The translations under genes were made by a program, and so were the position numbers. The notes beneath the pieces are model-generated. The model was not told where the DNA came from. It did not search any database and worked only from the letters and a program-made list of their open reading frames with translations. Source: Rothia sp. (in: high G+C Gram-positive bacteria) (GTDB lineage: Bacteria; Actinomycetota; Actinomycetes; Actinomycetales; Micrococcaceae). Taken from it: 64,000 bases of DNA. The stretch is from contig NZ_JABZXW010000003.1 of NCBI RefSeq assembly GCF_015265375.1, positions 6,142 to 70,141 on the forward strand, read 5' to 3'. This document shows, one piece after another, positions 1 to 9,853 of the stretch (the first letter of the stretch is position 1; the number at the start of each line of letters is the position of its first letter).

Positions 1-649
1 GCACCTGATGCTGACCCATAATCGTCAGCAGAGAATGCACGTGAGGAGACTCCGGGGTGGTCATCTTCGAAGGAACCGACACACCATCAATCAGAATCTG
101 AATAGTGCCAATCAGACCGGTCTTCACACCCAGACCGGTACGGAACACCGACTCCAACATGTAGGTGGAGGTGGTCTTACCGTTCGTACCGGTCACCGCG
201 TAACGGTGAGTAGCGGGGAACGACGCCGAACCATAAATCAGCGCCGCCAACGGACCGACGTACTCGCGCAGGTTCTCAGTCACCAGGAGCGGCACCGGCG
301 CCTCACCCAGCAGTTGCGCACCGGCAGCATCCGTCAAAATAGCGGAAGCACCAAGCTTCAACGCAGCCTCAGCAAACTGCGCACCGTGCACCTTCGCACC
401 GGGCAGAGCCACGTACAGGTCCTGCGGGCGAACGCCACGGGAGTCCATGCTGATACCGGTGACCTCAACAGAATCACCGGATTCAGAACCCTGAACGCCG
501 CTAGCCGGCTGGGAACTCACCTGAGCACCCAAGCCCTGCAGATGTTCGCGAAGGTGCGCCAAACTCACCGGGCGCACAGAATTCGGGCGCAGAGTCTGAG
601 CGTCGCCGCCCAGCAGGTTCTGGCCGGGTGCGTGAGATGCGGTATCCAT
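1..649 (-). CDS. murE: UDP-N-acetylmuramoyl-L-alanyl-D-glutamate--2,6-diaminopimelate ligase (MurE), N-terminal part; the 3' end runs off the window edge
   Basis: My own translation of the minus strand from the ATG at 647-649 gives MDTASHAPGQNLLGG...YAVTGTNGKTTSTYMLESV (Mur ligase P-loop GTNGKTT). An AGGAAAGAAGG RBS lies upstream. Its position 3' of ftsI matches the canonical dcw order. Confidence 0.8.
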   Translation of the reverse strand, partial: MDTASHAPGQNLLGGDAQTLRPNSVRPVSLAHLREHLQGLGAQVSSQPASGVQGSESGDSVEVTGISMDSRGVRPQDLYVALPGAKVHGAQFAEAALKLGASAILTDAAGAQLLGEAPVPLLVTENLREYVGPLAALIYGSASFPATHRYAVTGTNGKTTSTYMLESVFRTGLGVKTGLIGTIQILIDGVSVPSKMTTPESPHVHSLLTIMGQHQV

Positions 650-817
650 CGTCCTTCTTTCCTCTCCGCTGTCCGAAGCGGTGAGCTCTGTACGGTCAAT
701 GCGCTCAAGGCACACAGGGTCATTCAATATTCTACGGGCTTTAGGCTTCGACAGGTGTTCAGTGCCGGGGCTTCTTCATCACGAATCAGCTACCGGGCGC
801 CTCTCCCCCGCTCACCT

Positions 818-2728
818 TTAGCTCGTCTTATTGGGGCTATCCTCAGCAAAAAGCGGAATCAACTCCGGTTCACCGGTAGAACGCGGCACGTTATAGGTGT
901 GCAGAGTCTTCTCCATAATCTTGGAGAACTCAGCCGTCGTACCGTTCGTACCCACGCTACCCTCAGGACGCTGCATGGTCACCGCCACCAAGAACTGCGG
1001 GTTCTCAATCGGCGCCACACCAATAAAGGACGTCGTGTTGCCGTCGTAGCCGCCCTTCTCACTCGGAGTTTCCGCAGTACCGGTCTTACCGCCCACGCGG
1101 TAGCCGGTCACCTTCGCCGGACGGGCGTGGCCTTGCTCCACCACATTCTCCATGAGAGTCAGGCAGGAAGCGGCAGTCTCCTCGCTGACCATGCGTTCGC
1201 CAGGCTCTACGGCACGCTTATGTTCGGTACCGTCGGCGTCAATGATCGCGTCCACAATGCGCGGCTTCAGACGAACGCCCTTATTGCCCAGCGCCTGGAA
1301 AATCATGGCGGTCTGCAAAGGAGTCTGCGCAACACCCTGACCGAACAGCACAGTGTACTGCTGACGGCCATCCCAATCACGCCAATCAGCGATTATACCC
1401 TGCTCCTCACCGGTCAGCTCAATGCCGGTAAACTCGCCGACGCCGTACTTCTTCAACCAGTTGTAGCGCTCTTCCTTGCTGAGCTTCTGACCGACCAGCA
1501 CCGTACCGGTGTTCATCGAGTCATGAATAATGCCCGAGAAAGTACGCCGCTGCGCCCCGTGCTCAAACGCATCCTTGAAAGTCTGGCCGTCAATCGTGAG
1601 GGTCGCGGGCACGTCATACACGCTCGTCGGGGTGGTCAGGCCCTGCTCAATCAGCGCCGAAGCAGTTAGCATCTTCTCGGTCGAACCGGGCTCCACGCTC
1701 TGCGAAATAGCGCGCGGGGTCATGTCCGCCGCGTCCTCAATGGTTGCCGCACCCGGGTCCATCGTGGAGGAATCAGCAAGAGCCAAAATGGAGCCGTCAC
1801 GCACATCCATAACAATGGCGGTACACCACTCAGCCTTCAGCTCCTCAGCGCGAGCACGTACCACCTGCTGCGCAAAATACTGCACATCACGGTTAATGGT
1901 CAGACGAATATTCTTACCGTCCACCGCCAGGCGCTGCTCTTCCTTCGCCACGGGGATACGCACACCATCAGCACTAATCTCGTAGGTACGCTCACCGGGA
2001 GTACCGGCAAGCTCCTTCTCGAAGACACGCTCAATGCCCACCGAGAAGTTACGGGAAACCGTACCGCCCTTACCGTTGCCGTCAGCCTCTTCAACAATGT
2101 TGTACTTGCCGACCACGGAGCCACCCACACTACCGTTGGGGTACAGGCGCTGGGAGAACGCCTCACCGTAGATGAAGGGCGCACCCAGGGCATCAATCTT
2201 ATTGAAAATTTCCGGGGTGATATTTGCTTTGATCACCGAGTACTTTGAGGTGCCGTCCAGCTTGGACTTGATGAACTCGTCGGTAATGCCCGGGTCAACG
2301 GTCTTGAGAATATCGACCATCTCGTACACCAGCTGGTTGGGGGTGACCTCAATCTTCTGGGTGCGGTCCTCGTTGTAACGCTTGAAGGTCGCCACGGCAC
2401 TCTGATCAGCGGTCAGGTTATAGCGCTGCACAGTACGCGCCATGACATTGCCGTTGATATCCAGAATCTGGCCGCGCACAGCAGGCAGCACCTGGGAGCG
2501 CAAACGCTTCTGACGGGACGCATTCGCCACCGCACCGGGATCAAAGCCCTGGCGGATAAACAGATTCGCACCAATGACGCCCAGAGCACAGGTGGCAGCG
2601 GCGCCGGCGACAAAGCCACGGCGGGTCAGGTCCGGCTGACCGGATGCCGATTCGTTCGCGTTCTTACGCGCGTCGGAGCTCATGCGGTGGTCCTTTCGCT
2701 GGTCTAGTCTATCGGTGATGCTACGCAT
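818..2728 (-). CDS. ftsI: Peptidoglycan D,D-transpeptidase FtsI (class B penicillin-binding protein)
   Basis: 636-aa ORF with an N-terminal TM segment, a PBP dimerisation region and a transpeptidase domain. Sits between ftsL and murE as in dcw clusters. Confidence 0.85.
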   Translation of the reverse strand: MRSITDRLDQRKDHRMSSDARKNANESASGQPDLTRRGFVAGAAATCALGVIGANLFIRQGFDPGAVANASRQKRLRSQVLPAVRGQILDINGNVMARTVQRYNLTADQSAVATFKRYNEDRTQKIEVTPNQLVYEMVDILKTVDPGITDEFIKSKLDGTSKYSVIKANITPEIFNKIDALGAPFIYGEAFSQRLYPNGSVGGSVVGKYNIVEEADGNGKGGTVSRNFSVGIERVFEKELAGTPGERTYEISADGVRIPVAKEEQRLAVDGKNIRLTINRDVQYFAQQVVRARAEELKAEWCTAIVMDVRDGSILALADSSTMDPGAATIEDAADMTPRAISQSVEPGSTEKMLTASALIEQGLTTPTSVYDVPATLTIDGQTFKDAFEHGAQRRTFSGIIHDSMNTGTVLVGQKLSKEERYNWLKKYGVGEFTGIELTGEEQGIIADWRDWDGRQQYTVLFGQGVAQTPLQTAMIFQALGNKGVRLKPRIVDAIIDADGTEHKRAVEPGERMVSEETAASCLTLMENVVEQGHARPAKVTGYRVGGKTGTAETPSEKGGYDGNTTSFIGVAPIENPQFLVAVTMQRPEGSVGTNGTTAEFSKIMEKTLHTYNVPRSTGEPELIPLFAEDSPNKTS

Positions 2729-2745
2729 CCTGTGGTCAGTGTTGT

Positions 2746-3723
2746 TTATCGTGCGGGCTGGCTAGCCGCGGGCTGCTGAGCGGTGCTCGGTGCGGCGGAA
2801 GCAACCGGGCTAGCAGGGGCGCTATTCGCCGGTGCGGGGTTGGCCTGCTGAGCTGAGTTAGTTTGCTGAGCAGGGCTCGCCGAGGCGCTTGCAGATGCCT
2901 TAGCCGCCGCGCTCGCCTGGCCGTGGCGCTGCTGAACGGACTTGTCCGCGTCCACAATGCTCTTGGCGTAGCTTTCGTTCGAGCCAGCTGCCGGAGGCGA
3001 AATCAGGTTCTCCTGCTTGTTTCCCTCAGCACCGGTCGGGCTTGCCACCGGGGCGGGGGTGCCCTCAATCGTGGAGGACTGCAGGTTCAGGGTCGCTTGC
3101 GAAGAGCTCACAAACATGCCCAGGGTACTGGCGCGTATTGCCAAATCCTGCGGAGCTTCCTTGAAGCCAATCTCCTGCTGTAGCGCCTGGTTCTCCTGCA
3201 CGAGGCGCTGCTCCTGCGCGCGCAAATCCACCATGTCGTACTGTCGGGTCACAATCAGCACGTTGAGCAGCAGAATAAAGACCAGGGTCAGCGGGATTGC
3301 CGCAAAAACAGCGAGCATGGTGGGCGGGCTGAGCTTACGGGCTCGGCGGCGCACGGTCGAGAGCGGGTGACGCGACTTCGGCTTCTCCTCGCGGGGCTCT
3401 TCGGTGCGGGCTGCCGCACGAACGCTCGAGGGCACGCGGCTCGCGTTCGTCGAGGTGCGCTTACCGCCGTGCGAAGCAGCAGTACTGGCGGGGCGAACTA
3501 CCGGCTGGGCTGCAGTGACCGGCTCCAGACGCGCGGTGCGGGTACGACCGGAGTGTGCGCGAGTGGAGGCGCGGCTCGCCCCGGTCGATGCGCCAGTAGA
3601 GGATGCGCGGGTAGAGCCAACGGCGCTGGGGGTACCGGCGGCAGGGCGCGAGGAACCGGCGCGTCGACTCCGCGGTGCGCCCTGGGTGCGGGTGGGGCGC
3701 TGGGATGCGTGCTGGGTGCTCAC
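2746..3723 (-). CDS. ftsL: Cell division protein FtsL-like (single TM plus coiled-coil) with long Ser/Thr/Arg-rich N-terminal and Ala/Pro/Gln-rich C-terminal low-complexity tails
   Basis: Lies between rsmH and ftsI. Has TM helix MLAVFAAIPLTLVFILLLNVLIV followed by a leucine-zipper-like segment. The true start may be internal. Confidence 0.6.
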   Translation of the reverse strand: MSTQHASQRPTRTQGAPRSRRAGSSRPAAGTPSAVGSTRASSTGASTGASRASTRAHSGRTRTARLEPVTAAQPVVRPASTAASHGGKRTSTNASRVPSSVRAAARTEEPREEKPKSRHPLSTVRRRARKLSPPTMLAVFAAIPLTLVFILLLNVLIVTRQYDMVDLRAQEQRLVQENQALQQEIGFKEAPQDLAIRASTLGMFVSSSQATLNLQSSTIEGTPAPVASPTGAEGNKQENLISPPAAGSNESYAKSIVDADKSVQQRHGQASAAAKASASASASPAQQTNSAQQANPAPANSAPASPVASAAPSTAQQPAASQPAR

Positions 3724-3743
3724 TCTTCTTCGCTTTCTGTCTT

Positions 3744-4808
3744 CTACTTGGCGGGGATGCGGATCTTCTCGGCTGCGCGCAGCTTGGCGCTGGCGGCGCG
3801 GGAGTTCTGTTCGATTTCCTCGTCGGTAGGCGGTTCGGCGCCACGGGTAATGATTTTGACGGTGGGCTTGTGTTCTTCAAGCTCCACGGGGAATCCCTTG
3901 GGCGCCTTGGAGGTTGCCTCTGCGGTCAGTGCCCTCTTGACGATTTTGTCTTCGAGGCTGTGGTAGCTCATGGCGACGAATCGGCCGCCGAGGTTGAGCG
4001 CCTCCAGGGCTGCCGGTACGGCGCGTTCGAGGGCTTCCAGCTCGTGGTTCACTTCGATGCGCAACGCCTGGAAGGTGCGCTTGGCGGGGTGGCCGCCGGT
4101 GCGCTGTGCGGCGACGGGCACTGCCTTCTGGATAATGCGCACGAGCTCGCCGGTGGTTTCCAGGGGCGCGTTGGCGCGGGCAGTGCAGATGGCACGGGCA
4201 ATACGCGAGGCGAACTTCTCTTCGCCCCAGTTGCGGATAATGCGGCGCAGCTGGTCTTCGCTGTATTCGTTGACGACGATGCGGGCGGTGAGCTCATCTT
4301 CCGAGTTCATGCGCATGTCCAGGGGTGCGTCGTAGGAGTATGCGAAGCCGCGGGTGCGTTCGTCCAGCTGCATGGAGGAGACACCCAGATCCATCAGGAT
4401 ACCGTCGATGCCCTGCACGCCGGCGGTTTCCATGGCGCGGTCAATCTCGTCGTAGACGGCATGAACGGGTACGAAGCGGTCACCGAAGCGCGCCAGACGC
4501 TCACCGGCGATGGCGTGCGCCTGCAGGTCACGGTCAATACCAATCAGCACAAGGTTTTCGAAGCGCTCCAGCAGGGCCTCAGAGTGGCCACCCATGCCGA
4601 GGGTGCCGTCAATAACGTAGGCGGTACCGCGCTCCTCAACGGCGCGTTCAATGCCGGGGGCCAGCAGGTTAATGCAGCGGTCCAGCATGACGGGCACGTG
4701 GCGTTCGCTGGCTTCACGCTGGGAGAGGTTCTCAATGGATGCGCCGGTGACCTTGGCGGCAGTACCGGAGGCGGTCGTACCGGTTTCGGGGGCGTGGTCT
4801 ACGCTCAT
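3744..4808 (-). CDS. rsmH: 16S rRNA (cytosine1402-N4)-methyltransferase RsmH (MraW)
   Basis: 354 aa. Contains a GGHSE-type SAM-binding segment ([14 protein letters not shown]). Its position directly downstream of mraZ is diagnostic. Confidence 0.9.
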   Translation of the reverse strand: MSVDHAPETGTTASGTAAKVTGASIENLSQREASERHVPVMLDRCINLLAPGIERAVEERGTAYVIDGTLGMGGHSEALLERFENLVLIGIDRDLQAHAIAGERLARFGDRFVPVHAVYDEIDRAMETAGVQGIDGILMDLGVSSMQLDERTRGFAYSYDAPLDMRMNSEDELTARIVVNEYSEDQLRRIIRNWGEEKFASRIARAICTARANAPLETTGELVRIIQKAVPVAAQRTGGHPAKRTFQALRIEVNHELEALERAVPAALEALNLGGRFVAMSYHSLEDKIVKRALTAEATSKAPKGFPVELEEHKPTVKIITRGAEPPTDEEIEQNSRAASAKLRAAEKIRIPAK

Positions 4809-4913
4809 GGGTGCTCCTGTGAGAGTTTGTCCTGCGGGAAGGCTTACGGAAGAGTAGTGCGGTGGTGATAGAGAGACGCCGGGCGGTAGCCGTCGCGCCG
4901 GCGGGGATGCCGG

Positions 4914-5345
4914 CTAGAGCAGCGGGCTGAACGGGTCCTCGTCGAGGGAAGCGAATTCAGCTTCGGTGCGGGCGAGGTATTCCTCCCAAGCGGCTGCATC
5001 CCAGATTTCTGCGCGGGTTCCGGATCCGATGACGACGAGATTGTCGCTCAGCCCTGCGTACTGGCGCAGTATCGGCGGGATGGTGATGCGTCCCTGCTTG
5101 TCAGGCAGTTCGTCTGAGGCTCCTGAGAGGAAGACTCGCAGGAAGTCTCGGGCGGCTCGTCCGGGCAGGGGCGCGGTGCGCATCCGCTCGTGGATGCGTT
5201 CAAATTCTGCGGCGGGGAAAACGTACAGGCATCGTTCTTGACCGCGGGTCAGAACGAGGCCTGCAGAGAGTTCCTCACGGAATTTGGCGGGAAGGATGAT
5301 TCGTCCTTTGGCGTCCATTCGTGGTGAGTAGGTACCTAAGAACAT
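4914..5345 (-). CDS. mraZ: Transcriptional regulator MraZ
   Basis: 143 aa beginning [23 protein letters not shown]. Shows the duplicated MraZ (SpoVT/AbrB-like) architecture and is the first gene of the dcw cluster. Confidence 0.9.
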   Translation of the reverse strand: MFLGTYSPRMDAKGRIILPAKFREELSAGLVLTRGQERCLYVFPAAEFERIHERMRTAPLPGRAARDFLRVFLSGASDELPDKQGRITIPPILRQYAGLSDNLVVIGSGTRAEIWDAAAWEEYLARTEAEFASLDEDPFSPLL

Positions 5346-5756
5346 TCACTTCACCTCCCCGATGTGTGCCGTTGTGCTGAAGCCTGCGGGAGCGGGGTTG
5401 CTCCACAATCCTGCAGGTGCCGGTGGCGGGGTGTGCCGGGCTGGCGCCTCCGCCGTTTGCTTGAGGGCACGGCGATAGGACTGACTTTCAGCATTCCCCT
5501 CCACTTTACCCCACTTTCCACCACCTACCCCACCCGGCAGAGTATCTTTTAGTGTTTTTATGCTCTCTTCTGCATTTTTAACGCTGGCGCACAGCTTCTA
5601 CACAGCTTCGAGCGTGCGGGTGCTCAGCGCTGTACCCTCATCATGCTTGCCACGCACTGGCTCAACTACAGGCTCAATGGCGGGGTCGATTGCGGCAATC
5701 AGCATGCTCAGTCCATCAACCTCTAAAGCACCCGTCTATCACTAGTTCGGGCATAG

Positions 5757-5794
5757 AAAAGCGGAAGGCAAGAGAATTCTTACCTTCCGCTTGT
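5757..5794 (-). terminator. Hairpin (AAGCGGAAGG...CCTTCCGCTT) followed by a T-rich tract on the minus strand, downstream of the DUF3040 gene
   Basis: 10-bp perfect stem seen directly in the sequence, with TTTTCT after it in the minus-strand orientation. Confidence 0.5.
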
Positions 5795-5840
5795 AAAGTC
5801 TTGTTGAAGCCTTAAGGCCCTAGAGAGCACGGATGCTCAG

Positions 5841-5888
5841 CCGCGAGAAATACTAGTCGTGAGAAATACTAACCGCGAGAAAACTGTT
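5841..5888. repeat. Three tandem ~16-bp direct repeats (CCGCGAGAAATACTAG / TCGTGAGAAATACTAA / CCGCGAGAAAACTGTT)
   Basis: Read directly from the sequence. The repeats lie immediately 3' of the DUF3040 gene stop. Confidence 0.6.
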
Positions 5889-5901
5889 GAACAAAGCAGT
5901 A

Positions 5902-6303
5902 TTAGAACTGGCCGTTATTGCGCTCGTCCCAGCGGTCCTCCAGACGGTTCATGAAGGAGGAACGCTCCTTCTGCTCACGCTGACGCACACGCGCTGCACC
6001 CTCTGCCTTACCGCCCAGGAAGGAATCCACGGGAGTCTTCTTGCTGGTGGTCGCGAAGTACACGCCACCTGCCGCGAAGAGGAAGCCGAATACGCCCAAC
6101 CAAATCATGTTGGACGCAACCGCACCAATAATGATGCCCAGGCCAATGAGAACGAAGAGAATACCGAGAGCCAGGTGGCGAGCACTGAAAACCGGTGCGG
6201 TGTTGCCGGTCGAAGACATGGAGGAGGCAAAGTGCGGGTCCTCATTACTCATGAGTTCTTCGAGCTGGTCCAGAACCTTCTGTTCACGCTCGGACAGTGC
6301 CAT
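5902..6303 (-). CDS. DUF3040-family small membrane protein
   Basis: Begins MALSEREQKVLDQLEE (a typical DUF3040 N-terminus) and carries two TM helices. The ORF-track start further upstream is probably not used. The gene is conserved upstream of mraZ in actinobacteria. Confidence 0.7.
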   Translation of the reverse strand: MALSEREQKVLDQLEELMSNEDPHFASSMSSTGNTAPVFSARHLALGILFVLIGLGIIIGAVASNMIWLGVFGFLFAAGGVYFATTSKKTPVDSFLGGKAEGAARVRQREQKERSSFMNRLEDRWDERNNGQF

Positions 6304-6525
6304 CGTTTTCTCCTTTGAGGTGTCGCTACTCAAGATGACGTCGGTATCAGCCGGGTTAGCTAGTGCATCAGCTGGCGCTGGGCACGATTCTTCCCGTCGT
6401 ATGTTTCCGGTCGTATGCTTCCCATCGTACCGCGCGGGGTGGGGTTGGCGCATTCTTTTTCGGGCAGAAATACTTGAAGGTCTTCGGTGGAGGGCGCCTC
6501 CCCTTCTGTGGTGGCTACCCTCGAT

Positions 6526-7878
6526 CTAGTTCCCTTCCTCTGCCTTTTGCTCAACCTGCTGATTCGGCGCAGCCACTCCGGAGGCGGGTTTGAGGCTTTC
6601 CTGCGAGTATTTGCGGTGAATCGCGTCCATGACGTGCTCCACTTCGGACCATCTGCCGCTCTTCACGAGGTGAGCACCAGATCCCGAATGAGCACCAGAC
6701 CCCGAGCGAGTACTGTTCTCCATACTATTGCCCACTCCCCCGCCGCCGCCTCGTTGGGCTGAGGCAGTTCTGGCGGAGGCGGTTCTTGCAGAGCGTGAGC
6801 TTGCCGCGTTCTCGATGGAGTCGAAGAGTGTCTGCTGCACGCCGTCTTCTGCACGGGCGAGCTTTTCGGCGCGCACGCCAATGAGTCGCAGGGCGCGTGG
6901 CGCCTCCTGACCCACCAGAATCTCATCGGCACGCAAGGCTTCCAACGCGAGGGAAGCGATCTGCATACCGGAATCGATGGGCACGTTCAGGGCAATAGCG
7001 CGGGTGTGCGTTTCGAAGGTGCTGTAGCGGATTTTGAGGCTGAGCCCTCCGGCGAGTTTTCCAGCGGTGCGTAGACGCTTGCCGAGTTTGAGGCTCAGTT
7101 CCCGAACGGCTGCACTGATTTCGTGGACATCGGTCGTATCAGTCTCGAAGGTGTGCTCGCCGCCCATGCTTTTCTCTTCGCGTTCGGTAACCACGGGGCG
7201 TTCATCAATACCGCGCGCCATGGCCCAGAGGTGCTCTCCTTGGGCGGTGCCGAAGCGTTCTTTGAGCCAGTCCAGGCTCATGGAGCGCATTTGGGCGATG
7301 GTGTGAATACCGTATCGGGAGAGCTGTTCGGTGCTTTTCGCACCAACTCCCCACAGGTCGGAGACTTTTCGGGGGTCGAGGAATTCTTGAACCCGCTCGG
7401 GCGGGATGACCCACAGCCCGTTCGGCTTACTACCGGTGGACGCCATTTTGGCGAGTAGCTTATTGGGTGCAACACCGGCTGAGGAGGGCAGGGAGAGCTC
7501 CTGTGCGATGCGGTCGCGAGCGCGCTGTGCCAGGGCGACGGGGTCTTGGCCGTGCAGGTAGGCGCCGGTCAGGTCCACGAAGGCTTCGTCCACGCTGACC
7601 TGTTCCACGTAGGGGCTCAGGTCGTGCAGAATACCCATGACGGCGCGGGAGTAGTGCCGGTAGTCGCCGCGCAGCGGCAGAACGGTGGCGTTGGGGCTGA
7701 GGTTTTGGGCGCGGCTGAGCGGCATGCCCGAACGCACCCCGTGGGCGCGCGCCTCGTAGGAGGCGGAGCATACGACCGAGCGGGGACCCAGGGGCGCCAC
7801 GATAATGGGCTCACCGCGCAGAGCGGGGTTTTCGAGGAGTTCGACGTTGACGAAGAAGGCGTCCATGTCCAGGTGCAT
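6526..7878 (-). CDS. dinB: DNA polymerase IV (DinB, Y-family) with a Ser/Arg/Gly-rich C-terminal extension
   Basis: MHLDMDAFFVNVELLENPALRGEPIIVA is the classic Y-family N-terminus. I chose the ATG at 7876-7878, which has an upstream AAGGAGG. Confidence 0.85.
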   Translation of the reverse strand: MHLDMDAFFVNVELLENPALRGEPIIVAPLGPRSVVCSASYEARAHGVRSGMPLSRAQNLSPNATVLPLRGDYRHYSRAVMGILHDLSPYVEQVSVDEAFVDLTGAYLHGQDPVALAQRARDRIAQELSLPSSAGVAPNKLLAKMASTGSKPNGLWVIPPERVQEFLDPRKVSDLWGVGAKSTEQLSRYGIHTIAQMRSMSLDWLKERFGTAQGEHLWAMARGIDERPVVTEREEKSMGGEHTFETDTTDVHEISAAVRELSLKLGKRLRTAGKLAGGLSLKIRYSTFETHTRAIALNVPIDSGMQIASLALEALRADEILVGQEAPRALRLIGVRAEKLARAEDGVQQTLFDSIENAASSRSARTASARTASAQRGGGGGVGNSMENSTRSGSGAHSGSGAHLVKSGRWSEVEHVMDAIHRKYSQESLKPASGVAAPNQQVEQKAEEGN

Positions 7879-8117
7879 AATGACGCGGCCCCTCCTTGCG
7901 CCGCTGTTCTTGCCGGTTCGCGTCTGCCCCATGTCGCCTCCTCTCATAGCTTCTACGCCCACCTACCAAAAATATAGCACATTTCTACGAATACTAGGGG
8001 TAATATATCGTAAACGTATTCGTAAATGCGTTCTCTTGGGCTTTTCTCCACTAAGCTAGAAGAAGTGCACACCGCACGGCATCAGGACCGTACATAGCGA
8101 CCATCAGCGAGGATAGT

Positions 8118-9350
8118 ATGACTCCCCCTTCTCCTTCCGGAGCACCCACTCCCCAGGCGACCGAGAGCCTCACCGTAGCAGCCCCGAAGATCCCGGCGGA
8201 TTCTGCGCACCTCGCCGAGCGTATTGCTGAAGAGCAGCGAGCCTACCTGCACGCTTTTGACACTCTCATGGCTGAGTTTTTTACCCGCCAGCGCGAGCTA
8301 CTCGAGGGCATTTCTTCTGAGACTCTACCCCTGCTGGAGGCTATTGAATCCCTCTCCACCGGCGGCAAGCGCCTGCGTGCCCTGCTGAGCTACTGGGGTT
8401 GGCGAGGTGCGGGCGGCGCACCCGTAACCGAGAACCGCGCATCCTGGTCTATTGTGAAGGCCGGCATGGCGGTGGAGCTGTTCCAGACCTCCGCACTGAT
8501 TCACGACGACATTATCGACCGCTCCGATACCCGCCGCGGCGCTCCCTCCGTGCACAAGCGTTTCGAGGCGGCGCACGAGCAGAATGGTTGGCGCGGTGAT
8601 GCTTTCAACTACGGTCTGACCGGCGGTATTCTTGCCGGCGATCTGACCCTGGCGTGGTCTGCCGAGGTTTTCGCGTCCCTGGGTGAGGGAGCGATTTATG
8701 GCGCCCCTGCACGCACTATTTTTGACCGGATGCGCACCGAAGTTCTGGCGGGTCAGTACCTGGACGTCTACTCCGAGGTTCTCGAAACCGAGGACGCTCA
8801 GGCAGCTCTGCAGCGTGCCCTGAACGTGATTCGTTTCAAGTCCGCCAAGTACTCGTGCGAGCACCCCTTCACGATTGGTGGTGCTCTGGCTCTGCAGGCT
8901 GCCGCGCTGGAGAACGGCACCGGTGCCGTGAGCGAGCAGCACCCGGTACTTGCAGGCTACCGCGCGTTCGGCCTGCCGCTGGGTGAGGGCTTCCAGCTGC
9001 GCGATGATGAGCTGGGCGTTTTCGGTCAGCCCGAGGTTACCGGCAAGCCCGCCGGTGACGACCTGCGCGAGGGCAAGCGCACCGTGCTGGTGGCGCTCAC
9101 CTCCGCCGCACTCGATGAGAAGGATGCGGCGCTTCTGCACGATAGCCTGGGCAACCCCGAGCTGAGCGATGAGCAGGTGGAGCGCATCCGCGAGCTGATG
9201 GTCTCTTCGGATGCTTTCGCCAAGCACGAGCAGCTGATTGAGCAGAAGTCTCAGGCTGTGTTTGAGGCGCTGGAGGCGATGAACCTGGACGAGCTGGTGC
9301 ACGCGGCGCTGACCGATATTGTGGGTCGCGCGCTGCGCCGCAAGGCTTAG
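8118..9350 (+). CDS. idsA: Polyprenyl (geranylgeranyl) diphosphate synthase
   Basis: First DDxxD motif LIHDDIIDRSDTRRG and second motif FQLRDDELGVFG are present. The neighbourhood with the Rv2175c-like and pknL genes mirrors M. tuberculosis idsA2. Confidence 0.8.
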   Translation: MTPPSPSGAPTPQATESLTVAAPKIPADSAHLAERIAEEQRAYLHAFDTLMAEFFTRQRELLEGISSETLPLLEAIESLSTGGKRLRALLSYWGWRGAGGAPVTENRASWSIVKAGMAVELFQTSALIHDDIIDRSDTRRGAPSVHKRFEAAHEQNGWRGDAFNYGLTGGILAGDLTLAWSAEVFASLGEGAIYGAPARTIFDRMRTEVLAGQYLDVYSEVLETEDAQAALQRALNVIRFKSAKYSCEHPFTIGGALALQAAALENGTGAVSEQHPVLAGYRAFGLPLGEGFQLRDDELGVFGQPEVTGKPAGDDLREGKRTVLVALTSAALDEKDAALLHDSLGNPELSDEQVERIRELMVSSDAFAKHEQLIEQKSQAVFEALEAMNLDELVHAALTDIVGRALRRKA

Positions 9351-9364
9351 GCTGTAAACGTTTA

Positions 9365-9404
9365 AAGAGTTGAGGCGGCATACCGAAGTATGCCGCCTCA
9401 ACTC
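9365..9404. terminator. Bidirectional intrinsic terminator hairpin (17-bp perfect stem AGAGTTGAGGCGGCATA/TATGCCGCCTCAACTCT) between convergent idsA and the Rv2175c-like gene
   Basis: Perfect inverted repeat read directly from the sequence. Confidence 0.7.
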
Positions 9405-9410
9405 TTGAGT

Positions 9411-9494
9411 TATAGTACCAAGCCAGTGTTACCAGGCTAGTATTACCAAGCTAGTGTTACCAAGCTAGTGTTACCAGGTTAGTATTACCAGGCG
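9411..9494. repeat. 14-bp tandem repeat (consensus AGTRTTACCARGCT), about 6 units
   Basis: Units at 9411, 9425, 9439, 9453, 9467 and 9481. The last unit overlaps the stop codon of the minus-strand gene 9485..9853. Confidence 0.85.
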
Positions 9495-9853
9495 AGTGCC
9501 TGCGCACGGCGACGGATCTCAGTCTTGCGACCGTCGATCAGTGCGTCAATCGGGCGGCCGGGCAGGGATTCGTCGTTGGTGTACAGCCACACGATGGCTT
9601 CTTCATCGCTGAAGCCGGAATCCTTCAGGACCACGAGGGTGCCCTTGAGGGATTCGAGTACTCGCGAACCGTTCAGGAACAGTGCGGGAACCTTGCGCAC
9701 GTTGGTTTCCGGGTCGCGCAGAGCGATGAGCGTACCGTCAGAAATCAGGTTGTGAACGCGGGTCACCTTCAGGTCGAGGGCCTGCGCAATTTCGGGGATG
9801 GTTACCCACTCGCCGACGAGGGCGAAGGTCTGAGCAATATTTTCGTTAGTCAC
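9485..9853 (-). CDS. Rv2175c-like DNA-binding protein (helix-turn-helix; PknL substrate family)
   Basis: 122 aa. Divergent from a Ser/Thr kinase gene and placed between idsA and pknL, as M. tuberculosis Rv2175c is. Confidence 0.65.
   Translation of the reverse strand: MTNENIAQTFALVGEWVTIPEIAQALDLKVTRVHNLISDGTLIALRDPETNVRKVPALFLNGSRVLESLKGTLVVLKDSGFSDEEAIVWLYTNDESLPGRPIDALIDGRKTEIRRRAQALAW

Larger units (their letters stand above)
5346..5901 (-). promoter_or_regulatory. Long untranslated leader/promoter region upstream of mraZ (dcw cluster 5' region)
   Basis: ~550 bp with no convincing ORF. Contains a hairpin and a triple direct repeat. A long mraZ leader is typical of actinobacterial dcw clusters. 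Confidence 0.5.

Noticed and set aside
8-1669. 553-aa plus-strand ORF spanning the start of the window
   Set aside because: It is antisense to murE and ftsI, which have clear family motifs. Its composition is Arg/His/Thr/Leu-rich, typical of spurious frames in GC-rich DNA.
3675-4868. 397-aa plus-strand ORF opposite rsmH, and similar large ORFs opposite pknL (9883..11496), aroG (11916..13334), fadD (15425..16243, 16565..17539), mtr (17956..19485), glpD (33002..34264), the lctP genes (42273..43181, 44420..45637), der/cmk/tyrA (46588..48075, 47918..49795), rluB (49991..51133), parA (53366..54289), pyrG (56559..58247) and HAD (62466..63590)
   Set aside because: Every one overlaps a gene on the other strand that has clear catalytic motifs and synteny. 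None has a recognisable domain and all show biased junk composition.
5364-5745. Small plus-strand ORFs (62 and 61 aa) in the mraZ leader
   Set aside because: No RBS, poor composition, and they lie inside the expected untranslated dcw leader.
9411-9494. Possible CRISPR array
   Set aside because: The units are 14 bp and directly tandem with no spacers. No cas genes are present, so it is a minisatellite rather than CRISPR.
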